IMG/VR virus record: IMGVR_UViG_3300048057_000022
Location: 1 to 62,465 of that record
DNA: 62,465 nucleotides
Strand: one strand, 5' to 3'
Source of the DNA: a virus
Taxonomy: Duplodnaviria; Caudoviricetes
A program made the translations under genes and the position numbers. This document shows positions 1 through 8,094 of this stretch, one piece after another. Below the pieces are notes generated by a model. That model ran no database searches. It saw only the letters and a list, made by a program, of their open reading frames with translations, and was not told where the DNA came from. Position 1 is the first letter of the stretch; every line of letters begins with the position of its first letter.

Positions 1-2
1 GG

Positions 3-293
3 GCAGGCTTCTTCCTTTGTTTAGTCTTGGTCCTTCTTTGGGTTGAAGTGTCCAGCTGGAAAGGCGAGGACCGACGGGCAATGGACCAGTGGGCCGCCTC
101 GGTTCGGGCCTATCAAGTCTGGGACATGCGAACAGGCTGGACGTTGGGACGGTTTGATGCGGGCACGGGATTCGGCCATTCCTTGCGTTGCATCCTGTGG
201 GAAGCGGCACTAGGGGCCCGCCGTCGCATGGGTTTGGAAGGGCCGAAGGGCGAGGTCCTACATTCTTTCAAGGAAAAGGAAGGTTCGGAATGA
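3..293 (+). CDS. hypothetical membrane-associated protein, 5'-partial
   Basis: Frame is open from the window start. Hydrophobic N-terminal stretch (AGFFLCLVLVLLWV); stop overlaps the next ATG (ATGA 290-293). Confidence 0.45.
   Translation, partial: AGFFLCLVLVLLWVEVSSWKGEDRRAMDQWAASVRAYQVWDMRTGWTLGRFDAGTGFGHSLRCILWEAALGARRRMGLEGPKGEVLHSFKEKEGSE
252..276 (+). repeat. 25-bp element GAGGTCCTACATTCTTTCAAGGAAA, exact inverted copy at 61383-61407
   Basis: Direct sequence match; both copies encode EVLHSFKE at the end of otherwise unrelated ORFs. Confidence 0.9.
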
Positions 294-535
294 CTATTGA
301 AGACAGGGCCCGCGCCATTGGGCAGGTTGAGCTTTTCGCAGTGGTCCAGGCTCCGGGGCCTAGTTCGCTTCTAGTTCCTCGGGATTGCGGCCCGGACCTA
401 CGCCAGTTGGAAAGGATCGTCGGCGAGGCGGCACTCTTAAGGCTGGCTAGTGGGCGTCAAAAGGTCGGCGTGTGTGCGTGTGGGGGTCGGTGTCGAACCT
501 GTCCACGGAAAGGTGGTGGGGAAAATCATGTGTGA
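290..535 (+). CDS. hypothetical protein with C-terminal Cys cluster
   Basis: ATG 290 follows an AAGGAAGG SD; CACGGRCRTC motif; coupled to neighbours. Confidence 0.6.
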   Translation: MTIEDRARAIGQVELFAVVQAPGPSSLLVPRDCGPDLRQLERIVGEAALLRLASGRQKVGVCACGGRCRTCPRKGGGENHV

Positions 536-2189
536 TGACCGAAACGAGGCTGCGGCCATTCCTCCGGGGGAACCCACGGAAAAAGAGGGCGCTATAGCCA
601 TCGAGATCGAGCGGTGCCAGGCGATCCTTGACAGGCATAACTCCGTGATTGGAAGCGGTGCGAGGGATCTAGAAAATCATGTGCGGCGTTCGTGGGATCG
701 TTCCGAGGGCCTCCGGGAGTTATTTGGGGGGTGGCGTTGGGTCTGGACGGGGGAGGTAGACGGGGGCCTTAGCGAGGGTGTGGTTCGGTCACTATGGGAA
801 CAGTCGGTCCGGGAGGTGGAAACGTATAACGGTGGTTCCTGGTTCAACCTGGCCAGTGAAACGGAGACACGAAGGTTTTTACATGTTGGGCCTAATACCT
901 CTGCCTTCCGTTTTTCTGATGCCAGGGCGGCGGGCCCGGTTCTTTGGGGGGAATCCTCTGCGGTCGGAAGTCTATCGCTTCAGCCTCCTTCGCTTATGGC
1001 GGAGTTGGAGGACTATCGGGGCCGCGTAGATTCGTGGTTTGAGGCCGCGGAAAGGGAAGTTAAAGTCCTGGACCCTTGTGCCACGGTTAGACTCAAGGGC
1101 ACGGGTGAAAGACCTACGCGGGTCCTAGGTCGGGCATTGGAAAAGGTCGTCAAGGCGGCGGGCTCTCCTGTCGAGGGTGCCAAACTTCAAGATGCGGGAC
1201 GGCGTTTCAGTGAAAAGCTAGGCCAGGCTTGGCTATCGGGTCGGCGCCCTTGGCGGGTCCTTTTCAGTGTGGCGCCATCGACCTTTCTCCGCCTCGGAAA
1301 CGTCGGCGAAAGGGATAGTTGCTATCAATTCGGGGGCGCATATCAAAGGTCGAAAACTGCGCTCCCCTCCATGCCCGGCGGGGTCTGCGCGTTCGTGTAT
1401 CCGGAGGCGGAAGGGGACCAGGGCGTCACAAGAGGGGCCGTTCCTCCGTCGGGGAAGATTGGGGGGCGTGCGGTTGGTTTCATGTCCTATAATCCTGATG
1501 TTCCGGGCGCCACATTTTCGAACCATTATTTGATACAAAGGGAAACCCAACGCGAGGTAATTGGGGCGGCCCTGGTTAAGCTCTTTGGCGGCCCTGGCGT
1601 CCTTCACCCTGACGAAGATCTCTTTGGAGATTGGGCCAATCCTCGGGATGGCACCAGCCTTTATTCCAATGGGGATGGGTGGTCCTGGACGGGCCCCGGT
1701 GTGGTGACGGGCCCCGGTGTGAAGGGTGTTTTGGATTTGAGGTGCGCCCTCAGGGATCAACGGGGAACTTGCGATTGCTATGCTGTGGCGGTTCCGGGCG
1801 ATGATACCCGGCGCGAGTGCTATTCTTGCGGGGATCGGGTCGAGGATGGTTTTTGGTGTATTGATTGCGACCAGTGGACGTGCCGTTCTTGTGGGTTCCG
1901 TGACAGTGAGAGCGGGGTGTCAGCTTGCCTACACTGTCGGACGCCTGCCGAGTGTATTTGTGGGCGCGAGGGATCGGAAGAAAGTCTCACCAGGTGCGTC
2001 GACTGTGATGATTTCCTTTGTTCCAATTGTCGAGAGTGGGACGAAAACGAGGTCGTCTGCTCGTCGTGTAACGATTGCCGAATTGAGGAAAAGGAAACAC
2101 TGGAAGGGCTCGCGGCGGAAGCGGCGGCCGTGGGGGTCTTGGTGGCGGCCATAGAATCAAACATTGAAGCGGAAGGGGTAGCGACATGA
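528..2189 (+). CDS. phage protein with central SC motif and C-terminal multi-CxxC zinc-ribbon array
   Basis: Long ORF; FSVAPSTFLRLG..RDSCYQ motif; many CxxC pairs near the C-terminus; ATGA overlap with the peptidase gene. Confidence 0.75.
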   Translation: MCDDRNEAAAIPPGEPTEKEGAIAIEIERCQAILDRHNSVIGSGARDLENHVRRSWDRSEGLRELFGGWRWVWTGEVDGGLSEGVVRSLWEQSVREVETYNGGSWFNLASETETRRFLHVGPNTSAFRFSDARAAGPVLWGESSAVGSLSLQPPSLMAELEDYRGRVDSWFEAAEREVKVLDPCATVRLKGTGERPTRVLGRALEKVVKAAGSPVEGAKLQDAGRRFSEKLGQAWLSGRRPWRVLFSVAPSTFLRLGNVGERDSCYQFGGAYQRSKTALPSMPGGVCAFVYPEAEGDQGVTRGAVPPSGKIGGRAVGFMSYNPDVPGATFSNHYLIQRETQREVIGAALVKLFGGPGVLHPDEDLFGDWANPRDGTSLYSNGDGWSWTGPGVVTGPGVKGVLDLRCALRDQRGTCDCYAVAVPGDDTRRECYSCGDRVEDGFWCIDCDQWTCRSCGFRDSESGVSACLHCRTPAECICGREGSEESLTRCVDCDDFLCSNCREWDENEVVCSSCNDCRIEEKETLEGLAAEAAAVGVLVAAIESNIEAEGVAT

Positions 2190-3340
2190 AACGGAAAGAT
2201 GCATTAAAATGGTGGCACGAGATCCCATCGGAAAAAGTTCTCGGGGTCTTCGCTGGATTGCCCGGCGCCCGTCGTTCGAAAACCTGGGTTTACGTCGAGG
2301 GTGAACGGGCCCCGGATTCCAGGCTTCTCCTCGTGGCGCATTCGGACACGGTTCAACCCGAGCCGCCGCCCGGCCTCCGCTGGGAAGGAAACGTCCTAAC
2401 GGGGAACCAGGGGACCGGGTCGGACGATAGGGCGGGTTGCGCCATCCTTTGGGAGCTTCAAGGGTCCGGCCATTCTCTTCTCATCTGTGACTTGGAAGAA
2501 TCCGGCGGGATTGGTGCCTCTGATGCCTTGCGGGAATTGGGGAAGGAAGTCTTGGGGAAGCATTGTTTCGCTTTGGAGTTCGATAGGCGGGGGGATGGAG
2601 AGCTCGTGACCTATCCGGGAACGTCTTCGGAAGCGTTTGGCGCATATCTCAAGGAAACTTTTCCCGGCTGGACGGTGGGCACGGGGTCTTATACGGACAT
2701 CTGTGACCTATGCCCCGGTGTCGGGATCTGCGGGGCCAATATCGGGGTGGGGTATCTCTTCCAGCACACTTCCTCGGAGATCTTGATCCTCGACGCATGG
2801 GAAAGAACCCTGGAAACGGTGGGCGCCATTCTCGGGAGATCCACATTTCCGAGGCACGAACCGGAGGCCCGGACAGCCTGGAAGTCGGGCCAATGGAGGG
2901 CGGGTGTCCATGGTTACGGGGAATGGTGGGACCGTCCAGGGTATTCCCACGGTTCCAAGCGCTCCGGGGGTAGGTCCCAATCGGACGAAAGATTCTTATG
3001 GGGTGAAACTTCAGTGTTCCCGGATAGGTCACTGGAAGAGGCGGGGACCGATATTATCCGGGCCCCGTCGGACGATTTGCCCGTTGTGGGTAGCAACGGG
3101 AAAGCGGTTTATTCTATCCGACGGGAAGATGTGCCCGCGTGGGTCGTGGGGGACGACGGGACAATAGAGGAAAGGCTCCTTCTCTTGTACTGGGAACGGG
3201 TCGGAACGGACCCCGAAGATGTGGACGTCTACGGGGACGATTGGGAAGCCGAGGACGATTTAGGGGGCGATCCTGATTTTTGGGGTGATGTAGCCACATG
3301 GAAACGGGAAAGCGGGGCGGACGATTTACCGAAAACCTGA
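2186..3340 (+). CDS. M28/M20-family zinc metallopeptidase (phage type) with acidic C-terminal tail
   Basis: Metal-ligand motifs AHSDTV, GSDDRAG, LEESGGIG, EFDRRG, GSYTD and NIGVGY..QHT..E. Confidence 0.85.
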   Translation: MKRKDALKWWHEIPSEKVLGVFAGLPGARRSKTWVYVEGERAPDSRLLLVAHSDTVQPEPPPGLRWEGNVLTGNQGTGSDDRAGCAILWELQGSGHSLLICDLEESGGIGASDALRELGKEVLGKHCFALEFDRRGDGELVTYPGTSSEAFGAYLKETFPGWTVGTGSYTDICDLCPGVGICGANIGVGYLFQHTSSEILILDAWERTLETVGAILGRSTFPRHEPEARTAWKSGQWRAGVHGYGEWWDRPGYSHGSKRSGGRSQSDERFLWGETSVFPDRSLEEAGTDIIRAPSDDLPVVGSNGKAVYSIRREDVPAWVVGDDGTIEERLLLLYWERVGTDPEDVDVYGDDWEAEDDLGGDPDFWGDVATWKRESGADDLPKT

Positions 3341-3360
3341 GTTTTCCCTCCGTTCGGATA

Positions 3361-3391
3361 CCCTCCGGCCCTTCCTGGGTCGGGGGGTTTT
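3361..3391 (+). terminator. intrinsic terminator closing the leader unit
   Basis: CCCTCCGGCCC-ttcct-GGGTCGGGGGG stem followed by TTTT, just after the peptidase stop. Confidence 0.75.
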
Positions 3392-3668
3392 CCCCCTCTG
3401 GTAGCTAATTTAAGGCCCGCCTAGGTCCGCCATGGGCCTCGGGTCCCGCTTGGGGCCTCGGGGCCTCCTGTGGGCCTCCTGGTGGCCTTCTCCGTGGTGT
3501 TCGGTTCGTCCACCGTGGGGCGTCCAGGTGGGCCCGTGGGCCCCGTGGGTCCGTGATGGGTCCATGTGGGCCCGTCCAGGCCTCCGGGGCCTCTAAGGGG
3601 CATTCTGAGCATGTTTGCGTGCGGTGTGCGTGCGGTGTGCGTTCGGGGTTCGCCTGATCGTTCGTCGT

Positions 3669-3780
3669 GGTCCGAGTTTGGTCCGAGTTTGGTCCGAGTT
3701 TGGTCCGTCCATGGTGCCGAGTTTGGTCCGAGTTTGGTCCGAGTTTGGTCCGTCCATGGTGCCGAGTTTGGTCCGATTGG
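3669..3780 (+). repeat. tandem 11-bp repeat array (GGTCCGAGTTT) with 45-bp higher-order duplication
   Basis: Ten units, including variants GGTCCGTCCAT and GGTGCCGAGTTT; no unique spacers. Confidence 0.95.
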
Positions 3781-3945
3781 GGCCTCGTGTGGGGAACCTG
3801 CGGGCCAGCTATGGGCCCTGGTCCGGGCCCTAGGGGCGGATGGGCAAGGCCCGTGCCAAATAGGTTGTCCGCAAGATTTCGCCGTTTCGGGTCCGTTTTC
3901 TAGGCTCCGAATGTAAAAGAATTGTAAACGGATTTCCGGGCGTCC

Positions 3946-3965
3946 GTGTCCACTAATGGGGACAC
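3946..3965. repeat. 20-bp dyad site GTGTCCACTAATGGGGACAC, related in inverted orientation to 62163-62182
   Basis: GTGTC...GACAC arms; shared ATGGGGACAC half and a nearby TTGTAAAC in both copies. Confidence 0.6.
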
Positions 3966-4001
3966 GCGAGGCGTCCACACTACACTCATAAACGGATGTT
4001 T

Positions 4002-4030
4002 TTGCCTATCGCAAAATGCGAATCCATAAT
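4002..4030 (+). promoter_or_regulatory. candidate sigma70-type promoter
   Basis: TTGCCT-N17-CATAAT, immediately upstream of the GTTGCG dyad array. Confidence 0.4.
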
Positions 4031-4034
4031 TTGT

Positions 4035-4150
4035 GTTGCACTCACGCAACGTCCACTTTTGGGGACGGAGGCCATGTTGCGTCCACGCCACATGTTGCGC
4101 CAGCGCCACACTGTGTTGCGTCCACGCCACACCTGTTGCGTCGGCGCAAC
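4035..4150. repeat. five 16-bp dyad repeats GTTGC(G)-N4-CGC(A/C)AC
   Basis: Copies at 4035, 4076, 4094, 4115 and 4135. Confidence 0.9.
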
Positions 4151-4197
4151 ACCCCGGCTCCAGCCTCCTCCGGCCCCTCTCCGGCTCCCGTTTGGGC

Positions 4198-4325
4198 TAG
4201 TACGAGCGACCCTTCACAATAGTACGGGCGATCCTTCCGGCCCCGAAGCGTCAAGGCTTCTCGGCCCTCCCGAAAACCTGGACTCAACCACTCGCTTCCC
4301 TCTTGGCTAGTACGGCCATTCCTTC
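4198..4325 (+). repeat. three 18-bp direct repeats TAGTACG-N6-CCTTC
   Basis: Copies at 4198-4215, 4220-4237 and 4308-4325. Confidence 0.7.
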
Positions 4326-4363
4326 CCTATCTCTAGTAATAGTAAGGGCTTACGGTTCCAGCG

Positions 4364-4409
4364 TGTTATAGTGTTGACGCCCCACTCTAATTCTGTTATC
4401 CTTCTAACG
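4364..4409 (+). promoter_or_regulatory. early promoter with two overlapping operator-like dyads
   Basis: TTGACG(4374)-N17-TATCCT(4397) with extended -10 TG; dyads TGTTATAGTGTTGACG (4364) and TGTTATCCTTCTAACG (4394). Confidence 0.75.
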
Positions 4410-4442
4410 TGGCGAAAGAATCAAGCGGAGTCAACTTCCAAG

Positions 4443-4772
4443 ATGAGAGTGTCCAACGTGAGACTGTACCACCTCGATGAAACGGCAACAGTAGTGGACC
4501 TGGGAAGGGTAGAGATTCTATTCTTCCACGGGGTTCCCGTGCTGGCCGTAAACCACAAAACGAAAGAGGTGCAGTCAGTAGACCCAAAGAAGGACGGGTC
4601 ACTTGGGGTTCTGATCGAGGGAGTGCTGGCCCCGAACGACGCCATGGCGAGAAAGGTCGCAACACGCGATTCATTGGAAAAATTCATAGTCCTTGGCATG
4701 GCGGAACCCTACCCCCATGACAGGTACGCCAGGGACGCACGGACCCCGGAAGGGGCAAAAGGAGAAGAGTAA
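4443..4772 (+). CDS. hypothetical early protein
   Basis: First ORF after the promoter; operon packing. Confidence 0.6.
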   Translation: MRVSNVRLYHLDETATVVDLGRVEILFFHGVPVLAVNHKTKEVQSVDPKKDGSLGVLIEGVLAPNDAMARKVATRDSLEKFIVLGMAEPYPHDRYARDARTPEGAKGEE

Positions 4773-4773
4773 A

Positions 4774-5031
4774 ATGAGAGTGAAGCAAACGAAGTACGGG
4801 ACAGTGGTTCAGCTATCGGCCAGGGACACCCAAAGGTGGGCTTCGAGGTGGCCGTGTTCTACACTGGGGGGCAAGCGGGTATCCGCTCAGTATGACGAGA
4901 AGGGCGACCTGGTGGACCTAATGGTGGACGGCAGGGCCAACGCCGCCACCTTGGACCACATCGACGGCGCGGAGTTAGACGCCATCATGGATGATTTGGC
5001 GCCCGAAGCCAGGAAGGGGGTGGCGGCCTAA
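4774..5031 (+). CDS. hypothetical protein
   Basis: AGGAG SD; TAATG coupling with the next gene. Confidence 0.65.
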   Translation: MRVKQTKYGTVVQLSARDTQRWASRWPCSTLGGKRVSAQYDEKGDLVDLMVDGRANAATLDHIDGAELDAIMDDLAPEARKGVAA

Positions 5032-5390
5032 TGTTCGAAAATATTTTCTCTATGGTGGGCAATTACGAAGATCGGAAGGTCGGGCGGTTCGACGACGAAG
5101 CCACCGGCCTAGTGGTCAGCACCGCCAGGGTATCGGACTCTGACCGCCCCTATGAAACGGCTATTGGACATCCGGGCTACAATGACGGGAAGTATGTGAT
5201 TGTTGAAATGTACGACACTCACGAAGAGGCCGAAGCGGGACACGCGCGTTGGGTGGGCGCCATGACCGGAGGCGACCTACCGAAGAGTCTACGGGACGTC
5301 AGTGAGGCTGAGATCGCTAAACTGGTTGACGCCGCCTCCCCCGAGGACGGTTGGCGTGAATTCCCCCTAACGGAGGGGGGGGATGCGTAA
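5031..5390 (+). CDS. hypothetical phage protein
   Basis: VSTA..SD...YETAI..EAEAGH motif typical of small phage early proteins. Confidence 0.7.
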   Translation: MFENIFSMVGNYEDRKVGRFDDEATGLVVSTARVSDSDRPYETAIGHPGYNDGKYVIVEMYDTHEEAEAGHARWVGAMTGGDLPKSLRDVSEAEIAKLVDAASPEDGWREFPLTEGGDA

Positions 5391-6245
5391 ATGGCTAACA
5401 AGCTGATGTTACACGCCGGAGCGCACCACGCCACGCTGGAAGAGGTCCTGGACGTCACGACGCCCGAACCTACCGACACGCACTTTCCCATTCCCCACAA
5501 TACCCTCATCGACTCCGTAGTTGGCAACCTGGAGGGTATCGGATTGACAGTGAAGGACGCGGATTATGGGCTCTGGGGTGACGACGGAGAAATGATGTTC
5601 GCCGTCATGAGTCTTCAGAATGGCAATTCCGGGATGGCTCAGGACGACTACGAAACGATTCTCGGACTCCGTAACGCCCACAACAAGCGGTTCTCTGCTG
5701 GCCTGGCCTGCGGTAGTAGGGTGTTCGTTTGCGACAACCTGGCCATGAGTGGGGACGTCGTGGTTTTCAGGAAGCACACGAAGTTCATCATGCGGGACCT
5801 GGACCGGCTCTTGTTCGAGGCGCTGGGCCGACTACATGAGGCCAAGATTGCGCAGGATCTGAGGATCGCGAACTACAAAGCCACCCCATTGACCGATTCG
5901 GCGGCCCACGACGTTTTAATCCGCTCTGTGGACGCTCAGGTGATGGCTAACGCCACTATCGCTAAGGTCCTGAAGGAATGGAGAGAGCCCACGTTCGAGG
6001 ATTTCGATCCCCGGACGGCCTGGAGCTTGTTCAATTCCTTCACTCAGGTACTCAAGGAAGGCAACCCGCTGGACCTGACCCGGAAGACCACCAGGCTTCA
6101 CGGCCTACTGGATCTCGTAGTGGAGGCCACGGAGAACCGGGGCCTAGTAGACGACCTGGTAAATGGGCGTGCGATTCTACCAGCCGTTGAGGTGGACCAC
6201 GGGGTGAGTGGGTTGATCGGCACGGGGGAGGTACAAGATGCCTAA
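5391..6245 (+). CDS. DUF932 family protein
   Basis: HFPIPH, LGLRNAH, RVFVCDNL, RKHT and TAWSLFN.FT motifs. Confidence 0.85.
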   Translation: MANKLMLHAGAHHATLEEVLDVTTPEPTDTHFPIPHNTLIDSVVGNLEGIGLTVKDADYGLWGDDGEMMFAVMSLQNGNSGMAQDDYETILGLRNAHNKRFSAGLACGSRVFVCDNLAMSGDVVVFRKHTKFIMRDLDRLLFEALGRLHEAKIAQDLRIANYKATPLTDSAAHDVLIRSVDAQVMANATIAKVLKEWREPTFEDFDPRTAWSLFNSFTQVLKEGNPLDLTRKTTRLHGLLDLVVEATENRGLVDDLVNGRAILPAVEVDHGVSGLIGTGEVQDA

Positions 6246-6438
6246 GATTACAGCCAAGCTGTACCGCTGTACCGAGTGCGGGCACGTAACGGTGCAAAGT
6301 ACCAACCACCACGGCCCAACATGGTCCTGGGGGCGGGTCAACACTTGCCCGGAGTGCCCACCGTTCAAGAAATACCCGGAGTTCGGGGGCGCGACAACCT
6401 GGGAGTGCGTGGAGCAACCGGAGGTGAACCATGGGTAA
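6238..6438 (+). CDS. small zinc-ribbon protein
   Basis: CTECGH and CPEC motifs. Confidence 0.65.
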   Translation: MPKITAKLYRCTECGHVTVQSTNHHGPTWSWGRVNTCPECPPFKKYPEFGGATTWECVEQPEVNHG

Positions 6439-6643
6439 GCACGTATGCGACAACCGCGAGGCCGTCCATGAGTACGAGGCCATCGTCGCAGATGTCATTG
6501 CCCTTGTCCACGCGGCGCGGGACCTTCTGGCAAACCGGGTGCCGATACCCGATAAGGGGTCGGATTATGTGCCCAGGGTCTTCATTATGAACCTGCGGGA
6601 CGCGGTGGAGAAGGTGACTGGAGAGAAGGTGAACCCATGCTGA
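6431..6643 (+). CDS. hypothetical protein
   Basis: GGAGGT SD; overlaps neighbours. Confidence 0.6.
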   Translation: MGKHVCDNREAVHEYEAIVADVIALVHAARDLLANRVPIPDKGSDYVPRVFIMNLRDAVEKVTGEKVNPC

Positions 6644-7068
6644 GGGGCCTAGTCCAGTACGTCCTCGACCACACGGAACGCGGGGCTTGCCGGTGCGGTC
6701 AGTGCATCGACGCCCCCCAGGACCCGGAGAACCGGCAGCCGCCGTTCCATACGGTGGACATGGTATTCTTTGAGGTCTGCCTAGTAGGGGAGCCCGATCC
6801 CAACGTTTTCCGCAAGCTCGTCGCTGACAACATCCAAGGGGAGTTTTGCAGGGTCGATGTTCTTGATGGTGACGAACACGGCTACATAGAGCTAGGCGGT
6901 TGGATCGGGGACCAGGGCGTCGCCATGCAGTTTATGGCGCTGGGGTGCCTCCTGGGGCTATTCACCTTGTTTGAGCCCAAGGCCCTGGGCATCACCGGCA
7001 ACGCACGAATGACCATGGCCCAAAACGGATTCATGTCCGTGCGACTGAGGAGGCCGGACCCATGTTGA
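6637..7068 (+). CDS. hypothetical phage protein
   Basis: CRCGQC and YIELGGWIGDQG motifs; operon packing. Confidence 0.7.
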   Translation: MLRGLVQYVLDHTERGACRCGQCIDAPQDPENRQPPFHTVDMVFFEVCLVGEPDPNVFRKLVADNIQGEFCRVDVLDGDEHGYIELGGWIGDQGVAMQFMALGCLLGLFTLFEPKALGITGNARMTMAQNGFMSVRLRRPDPC

Positions 7069-7487
7069 TTTGGGGACTGACGCAACAAGAGATTATCCAG
7101 GCGGCGGAGCGTGCGGACGTACGCATCGCCGGGGGCAACGGCGGGGCCGTAGACGACCACGGGACGCCCGCCAAGCAGGGTAGGGCATTCAACTTCACCC
7201 TCAAGACGACTCGCGTCCCCCCGGCGTGGACGCGCCGGTCGCAGAACATCAAGAACAAGGACGGCCAGTACAGGAGAGTCGTCGGGGCCGTATGCTGGCA
7301 CGGACACCGGGAATTCATGCGGGAGGTCTTCAAGATCAATCCCGAGGCCCGCATCAAAACGGGGATCGCAGACTACCGTGGCTCCAAACACTTCGAGGAC
7401 ACCCACGGGACCACCCATTCCCAGGGCGGCAACCAATACGGTCGCCGGGGGTTCGGTGAAGCCTGCGACTGTCCGAGGGAGGCTTAG
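7062..7487 (+). CDS. hypothetical phage protein
   Basis: GAGGAGG SD; AVCWHGH motif. Confidence 0.7.
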   Translation: MLIWGLTQQEIIQAAERADVRIAGGNGGAVDDHGTPAKQGRAFNFTLKTTRVPPAWTRRSQNIKNKDGQYRRVVGAVCWHGHREFMREVFKINPEARIKTGIADYRGSKHFEDTHGTTHSQGGNQYGRRGFGEACDCPREA

Positions 7488-7491
7488 TACA

Positions 7492-8094
7492 ATGAGTTAC
7501 GCCGACGAAATGGAACGTATGCGGGAGAGACTGGAAGAGCCGGAAGACACGAGGCTGGAGCGGGACGCCGACGAAGAGTACGAAACCCGGCATTTCGACA
7601 AGCTCGACGAGGCAAAGATGAGTGAGCGCGAGAAGGTGGCGTGGTGGCTACACGGCTGGCGTTTCTTTAAATGCACGGACGCACAGTGGACAGACTCAGT
7701 CAGGGATTCCATGCTTAAAATGGCCGACGAACTCCTCGCGCTTCTTGGCGATGGGGAGCCGGAGCCGGTGGCGTGGGCTATCACCTACGGAGGGGACATT
7801 GTGGGATTCTCCTCTAACCACATGGCCAGAGATCAAATTGAGTTCATCGGTCCCTGGGGAACCGTTGATCTCTTCGATCGCCCACCCACAGAGAGCCGGG
7901 AGCGGGAGGCGTTGGAGGAATTGGCGAAGTGTGGAGGCATCCTCAAGTTGGCTGCTCGTATCAACGAGGGCGATCCTCCATCGTGGGCCTACGTAGCACG
8001 AGGAAGGATTGGTGTAGGTTCATCACCAACCGAGGCCGTTCTGAGGTGGAAGGACGAACGCCGCGCAATCCTGGGAGGCAAAGATGATGAGTAA
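7492..8094 (+). CDS. mosaic accessory protein sharing short blocks with 57103-57717
   Basis: Shared blocks EREKVA, ADELLALL, PTESREREAL and ILGGKD. Confidence 0.7.
   Translation: MSYADEMERMRERLEEPEDTRLERDADEEYETRHFDKLDEAKMSEREKVAWWLHGWRFFKCTDAQWTDSVRDSMLKMADELLALLGDGEPEPVAWAITYGGDIVGFSSNHMARDQIEFIGPWGTVDLFDRPPTESREREALEELAKCGGILKLAARINEGDPPSWAYVARGRIGVGSSPTEAVLRWKDERRAILGGKDDE

Noticed and set aside
1688-1721. 18-bp tandem duplication (TGPGVV/TGPGVK)
   Set aside because: A simple in-frame slippage duplication with no further copies.
3669-4150. CRISPR or mini-CRISPR array
   Set aside because: Repeats are 11-16 bp and abut or have very short gaps, with no unique 25-45 bp spacers; no cas gene was recognised.
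3421-4310. ORFs spanning the repeat zone (e.g. 3421-3978 minus, 3566-3916 plus)
   Set aside because: They are low-complexity translations of DNA repeats in GC-rich sequence, open in several frames, with no SD or motifs.
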